A stretch of DNA of 64,000 bases from Protoeuglena noctilucae. Lineage: Eukaryota. Made by a program: the position numbers and the translations under genes. Below are positions 37,585 to 51,208 of the stretch, in pieces. The DNA lies in the NCBI GenBank assembly GCA_958009085.1, contig OY253685.1, forward strand, positions 434,001 through 498,000, written 5' to 3'. Position 1 is the stretch's first letter. Each line of letters begins with the position of its first letter. Under the pieces are notes generated by a model that did not search any database, had not been told where the DNA came from, and was given only the letters and a program-made list of their open reading frames with translations.

Positions 37585-40344
37585 TCAGCTGTGCTGCGGC
37601 GCGGGTGCCCCGTTGGCCCGGCTCCCCATCTCTGCCGCTGCCAGCTTCTCCTCAAGCTGCCGAACCTTCTGCTGCAGCAGCCACTCCCGCTGGCCCACCA
37701 CGTCCCCCTCCGATCCTGCCGCGATGTGCGACTTCGGATCCATGCCCGCCGCTGCCATCCCCCGCTGCATGGCCTGGTCGAGGTCGGCGATCAAATCATC
37801 GACGTCCTCGACTCCCGCCGAAATGCGGACGAGGTCGTCCGGCAGCCCGCGGGCTTTGCGGACCTGCAGGGGAGACGAGGATGGTGGTGTGCGAGCAGGG
37901 TGTTAAAGCATAGATATTATGGCATAGATATTATGATGGTGCCGTGCCAGCTGTGGCATGAAGCCATCGACTAACAAGCGGGTCACCTCGGCGGGGATCG
38001 AGGCGTGCGACATGAAGCACGGGAGCGAAATTTGGGACGTGACGGACCCAAACGACACGGTGACCTTGAACAGGCGAGCAGACTCCACGATCGCCTGCAT
38101 GCGAAACGCAGTGAACGTGGTGGCAAGCGAAACTAAACAACCACATTGCTAGGGAACACAGCTGGGATGCATGGGTGGTGCCACGCGCCCGCACGCATGC
38201 ACGCATGTGTCCCACACGCAGCACGAATGCGCAGCACTCGTGCAGCAGCAAGCCCCCACAGCAGCCCCCGGCAGCTTTGTCACCTTGGACGCCTGCAGGG
38301 AGCCCGTGGTGAAGGAGAGCAGGCATCCGCCCACGCTGGCCTGCCTCATGTGCACGGCGTGACCCCGGTGTGTCGCGAGGCCTGGGTAGTTGACGCGCTC
38401 CACGAGAGGGTGGGAGGCCAGGTATCGGGCCAGGCGGTCGGCGTTGTATGCCTGCCGCTCCATGCGCACCGCCATGGTGCGGATGCCCCTGCATGTTCAG
38501 GAGAGCGGCAAGGCGACGGTCGTGTCCGTTACTCTGTAACGGACTAAAGCGACAAAGGGTGCTCGCGGGCAAGGCTGCAATGCTGTCACGCTGATAAGGG
38601 TAGGCTGAGCGCCACTGTGCGCTTGTCACAACGACCCAACGCGTTCCTGTCTGGACCGCCAATCACATCACCACCATCGTGACGATATGTAACGATATCA
38701 CCATGCCAGCCTATCTCATCTCGCGTCTCGCACCTGAGCGCCAGCCAGCACTCGAAGGGCGCCATGATGGCCCCCTCGGCGTTCTGATGGAAATACATCT
38801 TGTCTGCCAACGCCTTGCCGCGCACGGCCAGGATGCCCCCCGTGATGTCAGAATGACCGCCGATGAACTTGGTGACGGAGGTCATGCTGATGTCCGCGCC
38901 CAGGTCGAGAGGGCGGCAGAACTGCAGAGGCCGTGTGAGACATGCGACGTCGCATCGTGGGGCGCTGGGTTATGAATTGATGTGGCAATGTTGGAGCAAC
39001 GATGGAACTTGACGCTTGGGGTCAAGACATTAGAGTGTCGTGGAAAGGCCCTTCACGTGTTCGAGTAATAGTAATCCACGCATTTACCAGGATGGGCATC
39101 ATGGAGTTGTCCACACAGGTGACAGCCCCTGCCTCCTTAGCCACGCGGATGCACGCCTCAAGGTCGCACACTTGGAGACGGGGGTTCGTGGGACTCTCAA
39201 GCAACACCAGCTTGGTCTGACCGGGGCTGCGGGGGCAAGGCACTCGGGGTGACACCGCCAGCAGAGGCAGCACCAAGCAAACGTGCACGGATAGACGGGA
39301 ACAGGACCAGCATTGTTCCAAATACCTCCAGCCGCAGCGCTCGAGCCCGCCGCTCGTCTGCAGAGCCCAGGGCGCAGCTTGCGCACCGGATGGCGGCGCG
39401 CAGGGCTTCGATGTCGGTCGTGTCCACGTTTGAGACCTCAATGCCGAGTTCGGGGGCGACGCGGGAGAGCAGTCGGGAGGTGCCGCCGTACAGGTCGTCC
39501 CCCGCCACCACGTGCCCCCCCGAGGGCACCACCCGCAGAATGTTGCTGAGGGCCGCCATCCCCGACGCAAACGCCAAGGCACGGTCCGCCTTCTGGGGAG
39601 CACAGTCGACGCGCAGAGGGTCAAGCATTTCTTTCCTGTTCTGCAACGACACTGTTGGGCTCCATCATACTCCCATGCATATCCGAAACAGCCCAGGTTG
39701 GCTGCCGCACCTCGAGCTTTGCCACGTGTTCTTCCAGCAGGGTGCGCGTCGGGTTCCCGGATCGCGTGTAGTCGTACTCGCCCGGCTCCGTCGCCGACGG
39801 CTGCCCGAACGTCGCGGTCTGCGCAGGGGCACGGCTATGTCAAGTCTCTCCGTGCTGCACGGCATCGAGGCTCAGAGATCCCTCCGCGCATGGCCACCGC
39901 ACGGACGCGAAGCGATGCGTTGTGCGTCACCTGATACATCGGAGGGCCCGTCGCGTTGTATGGGTCGTACATCCCGGTGCTCTTCGGGTGCACAACGAGC
40001 GTGGCCGGCTTGCAGCCCGCCGTCGCCTCGTCCCAGTCCCGCACGTAGCTCTGGTAGTCCTTCTTAGTGTCCATGCTTGCGTTCCGTCGCAAGGACCTCC
40101 TGAGCGGCGCGCGGGAGTTCTCGGATGGGGCAGAGTTGGCTGTTCACCGCGGCGGCTGGGCCCCACGTCACTTGTACGTGCGCGCTGCCCACCCCCAAGC
40201 TTTCATATCCACTAGAGCTCCCGATTGTGTCCAGAGCAGCCTCTGATCCCATGCGTGGACGCCACACCTGCCCGCCTGTGCCGGCGCGCTCTTGCAGACG
40301 CTCAATCCCCTCCATTCACCAAGGCGTGGCCTCGCCAGCGACAT
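37585..40344 (-). CDS. metC: Cystathionine beta-lyase (PLP-dependent Cys/Met metabolism family), probably plastid-targeted
   Basis: Motifs YQ|TATFGQ..EYDYTRSGNPTR, LAFASGMAAL, DDLYGGT, LESPTNP, SVTKFIGGHSD (PLP lysine), VSFGSVTSQISLPCFMSHASIP and LVRISAGVED. All introns are GT-AG. Confidence 0.93.
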
Positions 40345-40631
40345 GCTTGTTCCACCGCGACTCGGCGGGGATCCAAGTCAAAGGAATTGCCCGCAGCAAT
40401 CACAAGTGTGTTATCCCAGGCGTCCCCAAGAGAGCCTTGCCACCGTAGCTGCCTCCCACCGTTGTGAGAGATACGCATGTGCACATGTCATACGGAGGGG
40501 GCGCGAGTCATCGGCGCAGTGTCACTGTCAGGTGTGTAGTGGATGCGCCAGAGCGCAGGTGGTCCCTTTTCAACGTTTCCCGTGCTCACGCGCCGGCGAC
40601 GTGCCACGAGCTCCCGAGGGAGCAACCTGGC

Positions 40632-43600
40632 ATGCAGCTAGAGAAGATGGAGGAGGCTGGCGGGAGGTCAAGCAGGAGGGGCAGCCTGGACGGGCCTGGC
40701 GCCTCGACGAGCGAACCCTTCTGGAGGACCATGAAGGTGTGGCCGCTGCCGCTGATGGGGGGCTGAGACGTGCACGCGCAGCCGCGCACCTTCACATTGC
40801 CCCTAGCCGGCCTGAGTGGCATGCCGGGCCACGCGCCGGGCATTCTTGGCAAATTTAGCATTATTGTGCTGATGAAGAAACCGATGGGGCGGCGCGAGGG
40901 GCGCGTGGTGCACGGCAGCGCAAGGGAAACTGCTTTGGAATCTCGTGCGTGTCTCCGCCGCAGTTTCCGATCGTCGGCGCCTCCTGTCCGGTTGATCTCT
41001 ACGAGAACAGTTCTTGGGACCTAAAGAGGTTCACAGTGATTAGGAAGATTGCAGACACCAAGTTTGGAGAGGTCTTTGAGGGCGTCGACACTTTCTCACA
41101 GCGCCCGGTGGCCATCAAGGTGACCCCTGCAGAGCTCCAAGGCTCCAGAACGCCAGCATTCCGTCCCTCCCTTCTAACATCTCGCCTCCACTCATCCATA
41201 CCCCGCAGAGCGTCCGCAAGTTCCGCCTGACGCGCGCGATGGAGGTGTCCCTGGAGCGATTGATCTGCATAGGGTCGAAAATCGGGGCCCATCCGCACCT
41301 CCTCACGTTTTGGGCAGTCTTCGCCGACCTCACCGCAGTGCACCTGGTCATGGAGCTTTGCCAGGTGTGAGGGACAATCTCAAATGCCGTGACGCCTTTC
41401 AACCGGTGATGCCCCGCGGCCGGCTCCTGACTGCTCGCCCTCGCCCGCACCCGCAGTCGGCGTCTGACCTCCTCACACAGTGCCAGAGCGAGAGCAAGAT
41501 GTTTGTCACCTCGGTCCTCGGCCCCATCACCTCCGCGCTGGGATTCCTCCACTCCATGGGCATCCTGCACCGCAACATCAGCACCCGGGCCATCGTGAGT
41601 GCTGCTCGCCTCTCCTGTCTCTCTAATGTGTGCCTGCCAGACCCGGGCCCTTGGCAACGCCCCAAGCCCATCCTGCCCTCCCTCTCCGGCGCCTCTTTTC
41701 CCAGATGGTCCGCCCCTCCGGCGCCGTGGCCCTGGCTGCGTGGGACTGCGTCATCGACACCCAGGTGTCGCGGCCCGTCTCGGCCAACGTCGGCGTTCCC
41801 AAATTCTGCCCGCCCGAGGCCTTCGTGCACAGCCAGGGCGGCTCCTCTGCCGCCCGCGTCGACGTCCCTGAGGCCGTCCGGCGCCCCCACTCGGTCAAGT
41901 TCGACATGTGGTCGCTCGGGGTGCTCTGCTGCGTCGCCCTGGGCGGCAAGCAGCCCTTCATGGGCAGCAACGAGGAGCAGCTGCAGGCCAAGATCTGCGG
42001 GGAGGATCCCCAGATTCCGGGATTCATTGCGCCCCTGGAGCGGGACCTGATTGAGAGATTGCTGCAGAAGGAGCCCGCCGAGCGCCCGACGGCTCTCGAG
42101 GTCCTCGCGCACCCCTTCGTGACCAAATGCCTAACGCCGGAGGAGAGGTGCGCGATGCGTGACGAGCGGGGCACGAGGGATTGTAGCTCGGATTGTTGGT
42201 CGCTCCATGACCAGACGGGGGGGCATGCAGTTGTTCCCCGATCCTCTGATGTCATCGTCATCATCCAGGTATCACTTGGATGATTGGTATTTGTCTCGAT
42301 ACTCGCAGGGAGCTCTTTGTTGCCTTAGTGACGGACGGCGACGCGGGCACGTCGCTGACGCCGCAGCTCCCGACTGGCACCATCTCCGTGCTGCCCAAGC
42401 CAGCGGACGCCGTGACTCCCGCCCGGGCGCGCGTGGTGCCCGCGGAGGCGGCCCGGGCCGCGCGCAAGGTGGTGATGGCCGAGAGCCTCACCAGCGCCAG
42501 CATGGACGGGGCCTTCGTCGGCGCCGCCGCGGGCCCCGCGGCCCCGCACGCCGCGAGCGACAGCGTGATGACGCGCGTGGTCGAGTCGAGCCTCCCCAAG
42601 CCCCTTCTGGAGGCGGTGCTCGGCCAGGGCAACGTGCGGTACGACCCAATCGACAACCGCCGGCGCGCCGCGTCCTCCTTTTACCTCGAGGAGTCGGGCG
42701 GGGGTGCGGACGCCCCGGGGCCGCAGCGGGTGGGGGAGGCGCCGCGGCCGGCGAGTCACACGGAAGCAGAGAGCAAGGCGGGGCGTGGGGGCGGTCAACG
42801 TCTCAAGTCGATGCTGAGCCGTGCGGCGAATCCGTCCAAGGATGAGGAGCGGCAGGCGGAGCGGCGCGCCCCGGCCCCGGATCCCGGTCTCTGGGCCACT
42901 GACATCGCGACGACCTCGGCCGGGGGTGGGACGCCCCGGGCTGGCGGCCAGGGCTCAGAGACGAGCCTGCCGCTCCTGCCAGGCGGCCTGCGCAGGGCGG
43001 CCGGTGCGATGGGATCGGGTCAGGCGGCGGATGCGCTCGACTCGTGGGGCCGCTCGGTGAGGAGGGATTTTGATTTGACTTGCGATGGCAAGCATGACTG
43101 GTGCTGGGTAGGCCTGGCCTGCGTGTGGCTTAGGCCGACCAATCGAGACTCACGGCCGTGTTGCGAAACAGCGTATAATATCAATGCCGAAGTATCTCCA
43201 GCACAGCAGCATCACCAATACGATTCCCTCTTACCGCAACACAGGGGAGAGGGGCGCCGGCTTTGGACGTGGCAGCTTCCCCGCCGGAACCTCTCGCGTC
43301 TCACCGCCAGCACCTCCCTGCGATGGATACGCCCGCGTCCCGGTCCCCGGGAGCCGCGACGGCCTCGCCAGTGTTCGCCTTGGGCCCTCTGGGTCCGGCG
43401 GGCATGGTGCGCACGAGCAGCGATGCGGAGCCCTACGAGGTGGCCAGGAGGGAGGGAGCGGGGCTGTTTGCCGGGCACACCGCGCCCACTCACTTAGTGG
43501 ACAAGCTGCGCGCGGGCGTGCTGACCAGGTCCAAGCCAGAGGGTGGGACGCCTGGGACGTCGCGCGTGGCTGGGGCGCCGCCTGCGAGGGGCGCAGGTGG

Positions 43601-43889
43601 CGGGCACCCCCCGCTGTCGCCCATCCGAGGGCCTGCGGGCGGTGCGCAGGTGCCGGCGCGGCCGAACGCGCGTGGAGGAGTGGGCGGGGCTGTGCATGGG
43701 ATGCTGCCGTCAAGAGAGCGAGCCGGGTCCGTCGACAAGGGCGCCAAGGCTGCGGGCATGGCAGGCCCGCCTCATGTCGGTGGCGGCCGCGCGGTGACGT
43801 CCTCCACCTCTGTCAATTCTCCCATGGGCAGTGCGGGGATGCCCGGGCTCCGCAAGGGCCACCTGCCGCCCATGGCCACCAAACCGTGA
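40632..43889 (+). CDS. Aurora-like protein kinase-fold protein, probably a pseudokinase, with a long disordered C-terminus
   Basis: WDLKRFTVIRKIADTKFGEVF..VAIK|..HPHLLTFWAVF..HLVMELC|..LGFLHSMGILHRNISTRAI|..FCPPE..KFDMWSLGVL..LLQKEPAERPTALEVLAHPF. Confidence 0.85.
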
Positions 43890-44241
43890 CACAGATAACG
43901 CAGCAATTCTCAATCGACAGCGCTAATGGTTCCATTTCAGGTAGTTCACAGGACCTACAGCTCATCTATCACCTGTGCGATGGATGTGCTGACCTTTTGC
44001 GCCAGACCTTTTGCGCCAGCCTTTGAAGGACAGTGCCAGTGACGCAGGCGTTGGCGATCCGCTGGTGACCTGCAGCACACGTGGTCATATCACGCGTGCC
44101 GATCGCCGCCGCTACGGCGAAACTGTGCTGGGCAACTTGCTTGGTACGCGGAGCCATTCATCCGTGCGCCTGCCTCAGCTCGCCGGCGGCATTGCACTAG
44201 TTCAGGTCCTTCATGAGCCATTCATTCGTGTAGTGGGCTCG

Positions 44242-47233
44242 ATGACGCGCAGCAACGCGGCTGGGGCCGTCCCACGCGAGCTCCGCGCGCTTGGCGGGCG
44301 GGCTGCCCCTCCGCAGGACAGGTGTGCGGCGCCTGGGGGATCTGCAGATTCCACAGATCTTCTGCTTCGACAACAAACTGGATGGTGCAAAGTGCGGCGC
44401 CAAGTGCATCGTCCGCGACGAGATGCACTCTGCATCATGACGCAGACTGCCTTCCCCGCTCCGCCTCCGCAGCGATGAAGGCCATCGTCGCACGCGCCGA
44501 CGCATATGCGCTGCTACTGAGCCGCCAGCAAAAGACATCCGCGGCCAAGGAGCTCCTGTCGCGAAAAGCCCGCCCCAAGCCGAGCGCCCAGCAACCCGGC
44601 CCCGCCGCTCAGCCGCTCCTTTACGCCTCATAGATCGTCATGCGGATGAGGAGATGAGCGATGCTGAGGGAGGTGGTGCGAGCGACGGCTGTGGGGCGCC
44701 TGCGGGCTGGGAAAACAGGAGCTGTGACAGGAGCGGCGATAGCGGCGGAAGCAGCAGTGACGAGGACAGCGGCGAAGAGGCGGAGCTGGAGCCTGCCGTC
44801 GACAAAGAGGGCCGGAGCGCGAGCGCGGGGCTGCTTCACTCGCGCGCGGACGTGGTGGACGACCTGCGGCGATCGTGGCTCTTTGCAAGCGTGGTGCACT
44901 TCTGCAATGCGTTCAAGGTGAGTCGGAAGGGCGCAAGAGCGCATCTCCTCGTGGTCCATTGCCGTCGAACGACCCCATTGCAACTCGGTACCATCATCGC
45001 AGGCAACCCTGGACCTCCCCGTCTCTACCGGCGCCGACCGCCTCGAGCAATCCTTGCTCTGTCCCGACGCGCATCCCACGTTCCTGGCGCGGCTGCACTT
45101 GAGGCTGGTGGCGCCCGACGGGGGGATAAGCATGGACGAGGCTGGGTGGGAAGAGCGTGTGAAGCGTGCGTGGGGGTCGGTGTGGCGAGGGTTTGCGGAG
45201 GAAGACGTCATGTATGGCAAGTGAGTCGTATTGGTGCAAGGACAGGTGCAGTGAGTGAGAAAGCGATGCGTGAGTGGCTCTGGCGGATCCACCGGGGCGC
45301 CCTGGCTGGGCCGAGCATGGCTGCCCTGTCGTCACGTCACCACTCGCCCACCCTCGCTCTGCACCCCAGGCGCTACGCGGACCTCTCCCCCGGCGAGCGC
45401 TGCCTCGTCCTGCACGTCCTTTGCGAGCACCTGGCGGGCACTGACCCGGCGGTCGGGAGGGCACTGGCACGCGATCGACGCGCGACGGTGTCCGGGCCCC
45501 CGTCGTCCCGGGCGTCCTCACGGCGAGAGAGCGACGCCCCGCGGTTGAGCACCAAGGAACGCAGCGGCGAGGGGCCTGCGCCTGGGCCGGCTGAGTCCGT
45601 CAGATCTGACGTTTCGGAAGCAGGGGGCGCGGCGCCCGTGCTGCCCGCGCCTCTGGGGGAGGACGCAGCGGGGCGTCTGTACTACCATCTGGGTCCGAAC
45701 GAGTGCTGGGTGTTTCGGGTCGATCCGGGTGGCCGGCGCGGGCGGAGGCGGGCGGTGGGGGCGGCGGGCGGGGCGGCCGTGGGCACGGTCGAGGTGGTGT
45801 GCACCGACGCCGAAGGGTGCCGGGCGGTGGGGCGGGCGCTGGAGGGCCGGGAGTCGAGAGAGCGGGCGTTGAAGGAGCTGCTAGAGGGCCCCTTGAGTGA
45901 CTGGCTGGAGGTGGTGGGGAGGGACGTGGAGCGGCGCGCGGGGCGGGATGTGGTGAATGAGGCGGGGCCCAGCAAGCGCAGTGGGCGGCTGGCGAGGATC
46001 CAGGCAGAGGCGGAAGCCAAGAGGCGGGCGGAGGAGGTGAGGGGGATGAGAAGTACGACTGCTATTAATCTAAGTGGGGTGGTTGGTGCTTGGTTGGTCG
46101 GCCCTTGTACCCTGGCTGAGACGGCAGCGGGGGAAGGTGCGGTGTCGTGGACAATGCTCCCCTGTTGCGTACCGACATCGCATCAAGTCTTTAGTGTCGC
46201 AGTCGTTATCATTTCAGTCGTTAGCATCTATCGCATATTCCATCCACAGGAGCGCTGGGAGGCCGAGTGCCGTCGTCGCCGGGAGGAGGAGGAGGGCCGG
46301 CAGACGAGGGAGAGGGAGGAGCGGCTGCGCCTGCGGGAGGCGGAGCGGGCGCGGCGGCTGGCAGAGGAAGCGGAGTGGGAGCGGCGCATGGCCGAGGAAC
46401 AGCGGAGGTGAGAGGGGGTTGGGGAGGGGAGAGGTGGGGGGGGTTCGGGGAGGGTAGAGGTGAGCAGGGACTGGCAGACGCATGGATCGTAATCGTGATA
46501 TTGTTATTACATCAGTGCGCGATGGTCATCTCAACCATTTCGACTGCTTAATTCATGACTTTCTCCCTGCCCCAGGGTGGCCAATGGCGAGGTCGGCACG
46601 GTGAATGGCGATCAGGGCGGTATGCCAAACGAGGAGCGGGGTGTCAACGGGAGCGCAGGGGATGCGCGGGCACGCACCAGCACAGCTCGGGATGAGGTGG
46701 GGTCAGCGGAGAGGCGGGGGGTCGATGGGAAGGGTGGGGGACGGTGGGGACAGGACTTTGAGGGTCTGCCGGCTGACTTGGCGGTGGTGTTTCGGAACAA
46801 GAAGAGTCGACAGGCTCGGATGGCGGAGCGGGAAGCGCGCATGAGTGGCGGTGGGAAGGACGAGGTGACTGTCGGGGTGGCGGTGGGTGGCAAGGACGGG
46901 CGGAAGGCACAAGGGGGTTCAAATCGGGATGGGGACGGCGGTGCTGTGGGTGTGTTGGCGATGGGTCCTGACAGTGGGGTGGTGATGGGCAACGGGGTGA
47001 AGGAGTTGAGCAGAGAGCGCGGGGTGGGTGGGGTTGGGCAGAGTGGGCTGGAGGCGGGGGCAAAGGTTGAGAGGGGCGAGGGCGCTGTTGAGCGAGAGAG
47101 GCAAGAGCATGTCATGAACGGGAACCATGGGGGCGCAAGTGTCAATGTAGTGAAATGCGGAGAGGCTGCCGTGGGGTCGCTTGCGCCTCTGGGCGGGCGA
47201 ACAGCGGCGGTTGGGGAGGCAGAGCAAACATGA
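44242..47233 (+). CDS. DDT/WHIM-domain chromatin-remodelling (ISWI partner) protein, DDR4-like
   Basis: DDT-like LRRSWLFASVVHFCNAF..LEQSLL..FLARLHLRL; WHIM1-like YADLSPGERCLVLHVLCEH; WHIM2-like PLGEDAAGRLYYHL. The first exon MTRSNAAGAVPRELRAL splices in phase into the exon at about 44473. Confidence 0.75.
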
Positions 47234-47401
47234 AGCGGCTGTTGTCGCATTGCAGCTTTGAACGATGGTAGCCTGGAGAAGCAATGAATCGACTCGTTGC
47301 TGACCATACATGCAGCCAACGGCGTCTAGATGTGTCGTTCGACGAATGTCTCAACCGGCCAGTATCCTGACTCATGATCCTCCAACAAAGGGTATCCACT
47401 T

Positions 47402-48947
47402 TCAAACAGCGAGTCCCACGAAGAAACCCGCGAGGACGCTCAGCAGAGAGAGCGCCGTGCACACCGCCCAAGCGTAGAACGGCCACCCCACGACATCGAC
47501 AAACGATGCCTTGTCAGCTGCCCCGTCCCCATTGATATGTACGGCATGGTGCGCCCACCGTCCCCCGGCCACCCCCATGGTCACCAGCACCGCCACGGAA
47601 AGAGCCAGGCACGCGAACTGCATCGTGTATGCCAGAATGGACCACACGGGATTGGGGCGGGTGGGGCGGCATATCAGAGGCACCACTGCGGGCAGGAAGG
47701 CCGGTGCGACTATTGATGCGGCGGCAGCGTCACAGCGCCATTGTGATAACTGTGGGCGTCACAACAGGCATGACCACCTTCCCAACAAGTGCGATGACAT
47801 GTGTCCAAAACAGGTACGATAAGATGCATCCAGCATGTGCGCACACACGCAATGAGCCCGCATCTCTTCTCACCAAAGACGGCTTGGAGGAGGGCGAGGG
47901 ATGCGGCTGCCACCGCGACCCACCGCACCACCCGGATGCGAGACCAGTAGTCGTCGCCAGGCAGGCCCCGCCAGAAACGAGCCACCGCAGGGTTGCCCAC
48001 GCCACCCGTGCACACCGACCCTGCGCACGAGGGGCCAGCTGACGCCTTAGAACCTGGCATGTTGGCCCATCAAGTGGGCAGTCCGCTAGGCAGACCGCTG
48101 GGCTCGACAGGTCACCTGCGGCGGGCTTGAACACCCCCGCTGCATCGTGCTTGACCGAGTGGAAGGGGAGCGTGATGGCCGCGAAGGGAGATTCTGCGAC
48201 CGCAAACGTGCTGGCGCATTCGTGCCGCGCCCAGCTGCCGCACAGCCACCTGCGGCCATCTGCGACCATCGCCAGCCTCACTCAGAGCTCGTCGAAGGAT
48301 GTGTAACCCTTCTGGAGTGCTCGACCCATCGCGCGCCGCAGGGAACGCAAAAATCTCTTCAGGGCCGGAGACGCTTGCTGCTACCGCGCCCATGTCCGAC
48401 GCAACGGGCTTCCCGCAACCGGCGCCGTAGTTTGCAGTGGAATTGTTTTGACAGGGAGGCGTCAAATCCACGCCGCCCGGTGGCATGGCTCCTGGAATCA
48501 GGGTGCTGGTGGGGGCTGCGTGAAAGGCTTGCCCTCGGCGCGAATTGGCGGCTTCGGCGACAACGTCAACGGGTTCATCAGGATGATATATATGAAATGT
48601 TACCTGTGATGGGGTTGCGCCGTAGGGCCTGGCCCGGACTCCCGTCCGGCCCCGCGTCTGAAGTCACTGAGCCCTGCACACAGACCTGCCTGCGCAAGAC
48701 GCGGGCGGAGATGATTGGCAAACAAGCAATTTGCATTTTACATAAGCTGTCGAGCATGGAAATATCGTCCGTAGGCTCACCAAAAGCCCGCCGCGGAGAC
48801 GGCCGCTCCCGAGGGCACGCCGCTCGTCTCCAGAAAGACATTGCTCGCCGGATTCAGCCACAGCGAGGAGGCGAGACAGCCCGTGAGCAACGCCGCGATG
48901 GCTATGCCTGATATCGCAGAGGCAATCGCCCCCGGGACCACTTTCAT
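47402..48947 (-). CDS. Claudin/PMP22-superfamily-like four-TM protein with a large Cys-rich first loop
   Basis: TM1 AIASAISGIAIAALLTGCLASSLW, spliced signature GFW|QVC, later TMs WVAVAAASLALLQAVF and LAYTMQFACLALSVAVLVTM, and VGWPFYAWAVCTALSLLSVLAGFF before the stop. Middle exons not fully resolved. Confidence 0.6.
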
Positions 48948-49148
48948 ACCGCTACATCAACAGGGCCGGTGTGGGTTAGGGGGATGGCGGCCTGAAGTCA
49001 TAGGCAGCGAAGTCATGGTCTATACCACGCTGAAGGTGACCTTCAACTAGCAGATGATCAGAGGCGTGCAAAGGCCCTAGTCTGACGCGCGCAAGAGCCG
49101 GTGCGCTGGCCTGGGGGACTATTCATCTCAAGCTCGCAGATGACAGGG

Positions 49149-51208
49149 TCACTTCGTCTCGAGGACCTTGTTCAGGCCGTGCAGTTTCTCCGGCTTCATC
49201 CGGAACAGCACGGTCCTCTGCTCCATCTTGGTCTTCTCCCCGACCGTGTCTCGGATAAACACCGTCCCCACTCCCTGCAGCCACATTTGTCCTTTTTAGA
49301 AGCACTTAAATACACGCGCGCACACATCTCTTCCGCGCAGCGCCGGGCGGAGAGGAAATTTCGCTGAAAGAGTGCAGCTGGCCACTCGCGCCAGCTTTGC
49401 TCCGATGCGCGGCCCTCACCTTCCCCGGCTGGTCGGGCGTGCACAGGAACTTCATGTTGTCGTACACGGGCGTGTTCAGTACGACCCGGCCGCCCTCGAT
49501 CTTGCGGAAGATCAAAAAGGGCTTCCCGCCGGCCTTCGGACGCTTGACCACCACCAGCCCCAGCGCCACCTCGCACCACTCGTTGTCCGTCTTGTTCTTG
49601 ATGTAATACTTGGCCTTGGCCTGGAACAGGTTCTCGTTCTCCGGGTCTTCCGGCTCCTCCTCGACCCTGCATCAAACGAGATGTGGATCGCACTTGAGTT
49701 ATACGCGGCATAAAGCTGTCTCCTACACCGCCATCACCCTCCAATCCACCCTTCCCGCAGCAATGAGATAGAAGCCCTCACCTGACGCGCTTGCTCTTCT
49801 GCTCTTCTTTCTCCGCCTCCTCGTCGCCCTCCTCGCCATCGCCCTCACCCCCGTCCTCGTCTGCGGGTGTGCCAGGTGCAAGAGACGCAGTCCCATGCCA
49901 GCCGCGAGCGAGTGCAGCAGTTGAAGGTCACAGGCATCGAGCATTTGGCTAAAGCACACAGCACCCACTGCATGTCCATCCATGCACCGACTCCATAGCC
50001 CACACACGTTGCAATCCCGTGTGGTGCTGCCGGCATCAGCACTGTCAGATACAGACCAATCAACCCACGTCATCAACACCCACCTGCTTCTTCGCTCTTC
50101 TTGTTCGCGTTGCCCAGCCACCCGAACGACACCGGCCCAGACACATTGAAGCCCCCCAGGCCGCCGCCGAAGCCCCCGTTCGCCCCGCTCGACTGGAAGT
50201 TAAAGGGAGAGGGCTTGCTGGCATCCTTCCCGGCGTCTCTGTTGGCGGAGGAGGAGGGGAAGGCGAACGGAGTCGGTGACCCCGCTCCGCCCCCGGTCGT
50301 GCCGAAAGTGAACGCCTTCTTCTCCCCGCCCTGGTCGCCGGACGTCGAACCGAAGCTGAACAGCGACTTCCCCTGCTCCTTCGCATCACCGGTGTCCTTG
50401 TTCGCAGCGGAAGGGGCCGGGAAGGAAGCCTTGCCGCCCGATGCCTCCGCAGTCGTGCTCACGGCGGCGCCCCCGAAGCTCAGGGGCGTGCCAGAGCGGG
50501 TCATGAGAGGCGCAGATACCTTGGCGCCCTCCGATTCGGAGGCATTGTCGTCCGCTTTCTGCCAGGAGAACGCAGATGGCCGAGCCTGGTCGGACGCGCC
50601 CGCCGCGCCGGCTCCCCGGCCTTCGTCTGGCTGCGGCGCAGCAGCGCCGGTCGCATGGGATGGAGAAGAGTCGGTGCTGGCGAGGACATCGCGGAAATCG
50701 CTCCGGATTTTCTGCAGCCAATGCGTCGGGGGAGAGGGGAGTGCTCGCGCGACCTCTGGCCTCTGCGCCAGGCGCGATGCGCAGATGGGATGCTGAAGGC
50801 TGCATACAGCACGGCGACACATCGCTGCGAGCGGCGATCCCGTCACCTCGGCGTGCCTGGCGTAGTCGAGGACGCCAGCCGACCAGAGCTCGTTGGGCGC
50901 GCTGACGCTCTTCGCGTTCACCCACGCGATAAATTGGCTGTTGAGTGCCTGCGCATGAGACTTAGAACAGCATCGCTCTGCATCACACGGACGATGCAGG
51001 AGCCGGACCACGTTGAGAGGCTGCACCGAGCTTCCCGACCCTACTGTCCCATTTCCAAAATCACCTTTACGTGAGCGAGAAGTTCACCACGCCTCGCTTC
51101 GCCCGTCCCGTTCGCAGCGCCGGCAGACGCGCCGGACGCAGCGCCAAAGGCTGCCCGCTTCGCTGGCTCGCCATCCTCGTCAGATCTCACTCTCTTCGCC
51201 GGCCCCAT
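49149..51208 (-). CDS. NUP50: Nucleoporin NUP50/Nup2-like (Nup50 helical region, FG repeats, C-terminal Ran-binding domain)
   Basis: HVK|ALNSQFIAWV..GVLDYARHA, then FSFG/FTFG/FNF repeats, then RanBD-like ENENLFQAKAKYY..EWCEVALGLVVVK..LIFRKIEGGRVVLN. Confidence 0.85.

Noticed and set aside
44382..44633. Apparent 83-aa ORF ending 20 nt before ATG 44654, a possible second bicistronic pair
   Set aside because: The DDT-gene frame is open through this stretch (..TEPPAKDIRG..RPRRSAAPLRLIDRHADEEM) and splices in phase to an exon starting at 44242. The short ORF is probably an alternative-frame shadow.
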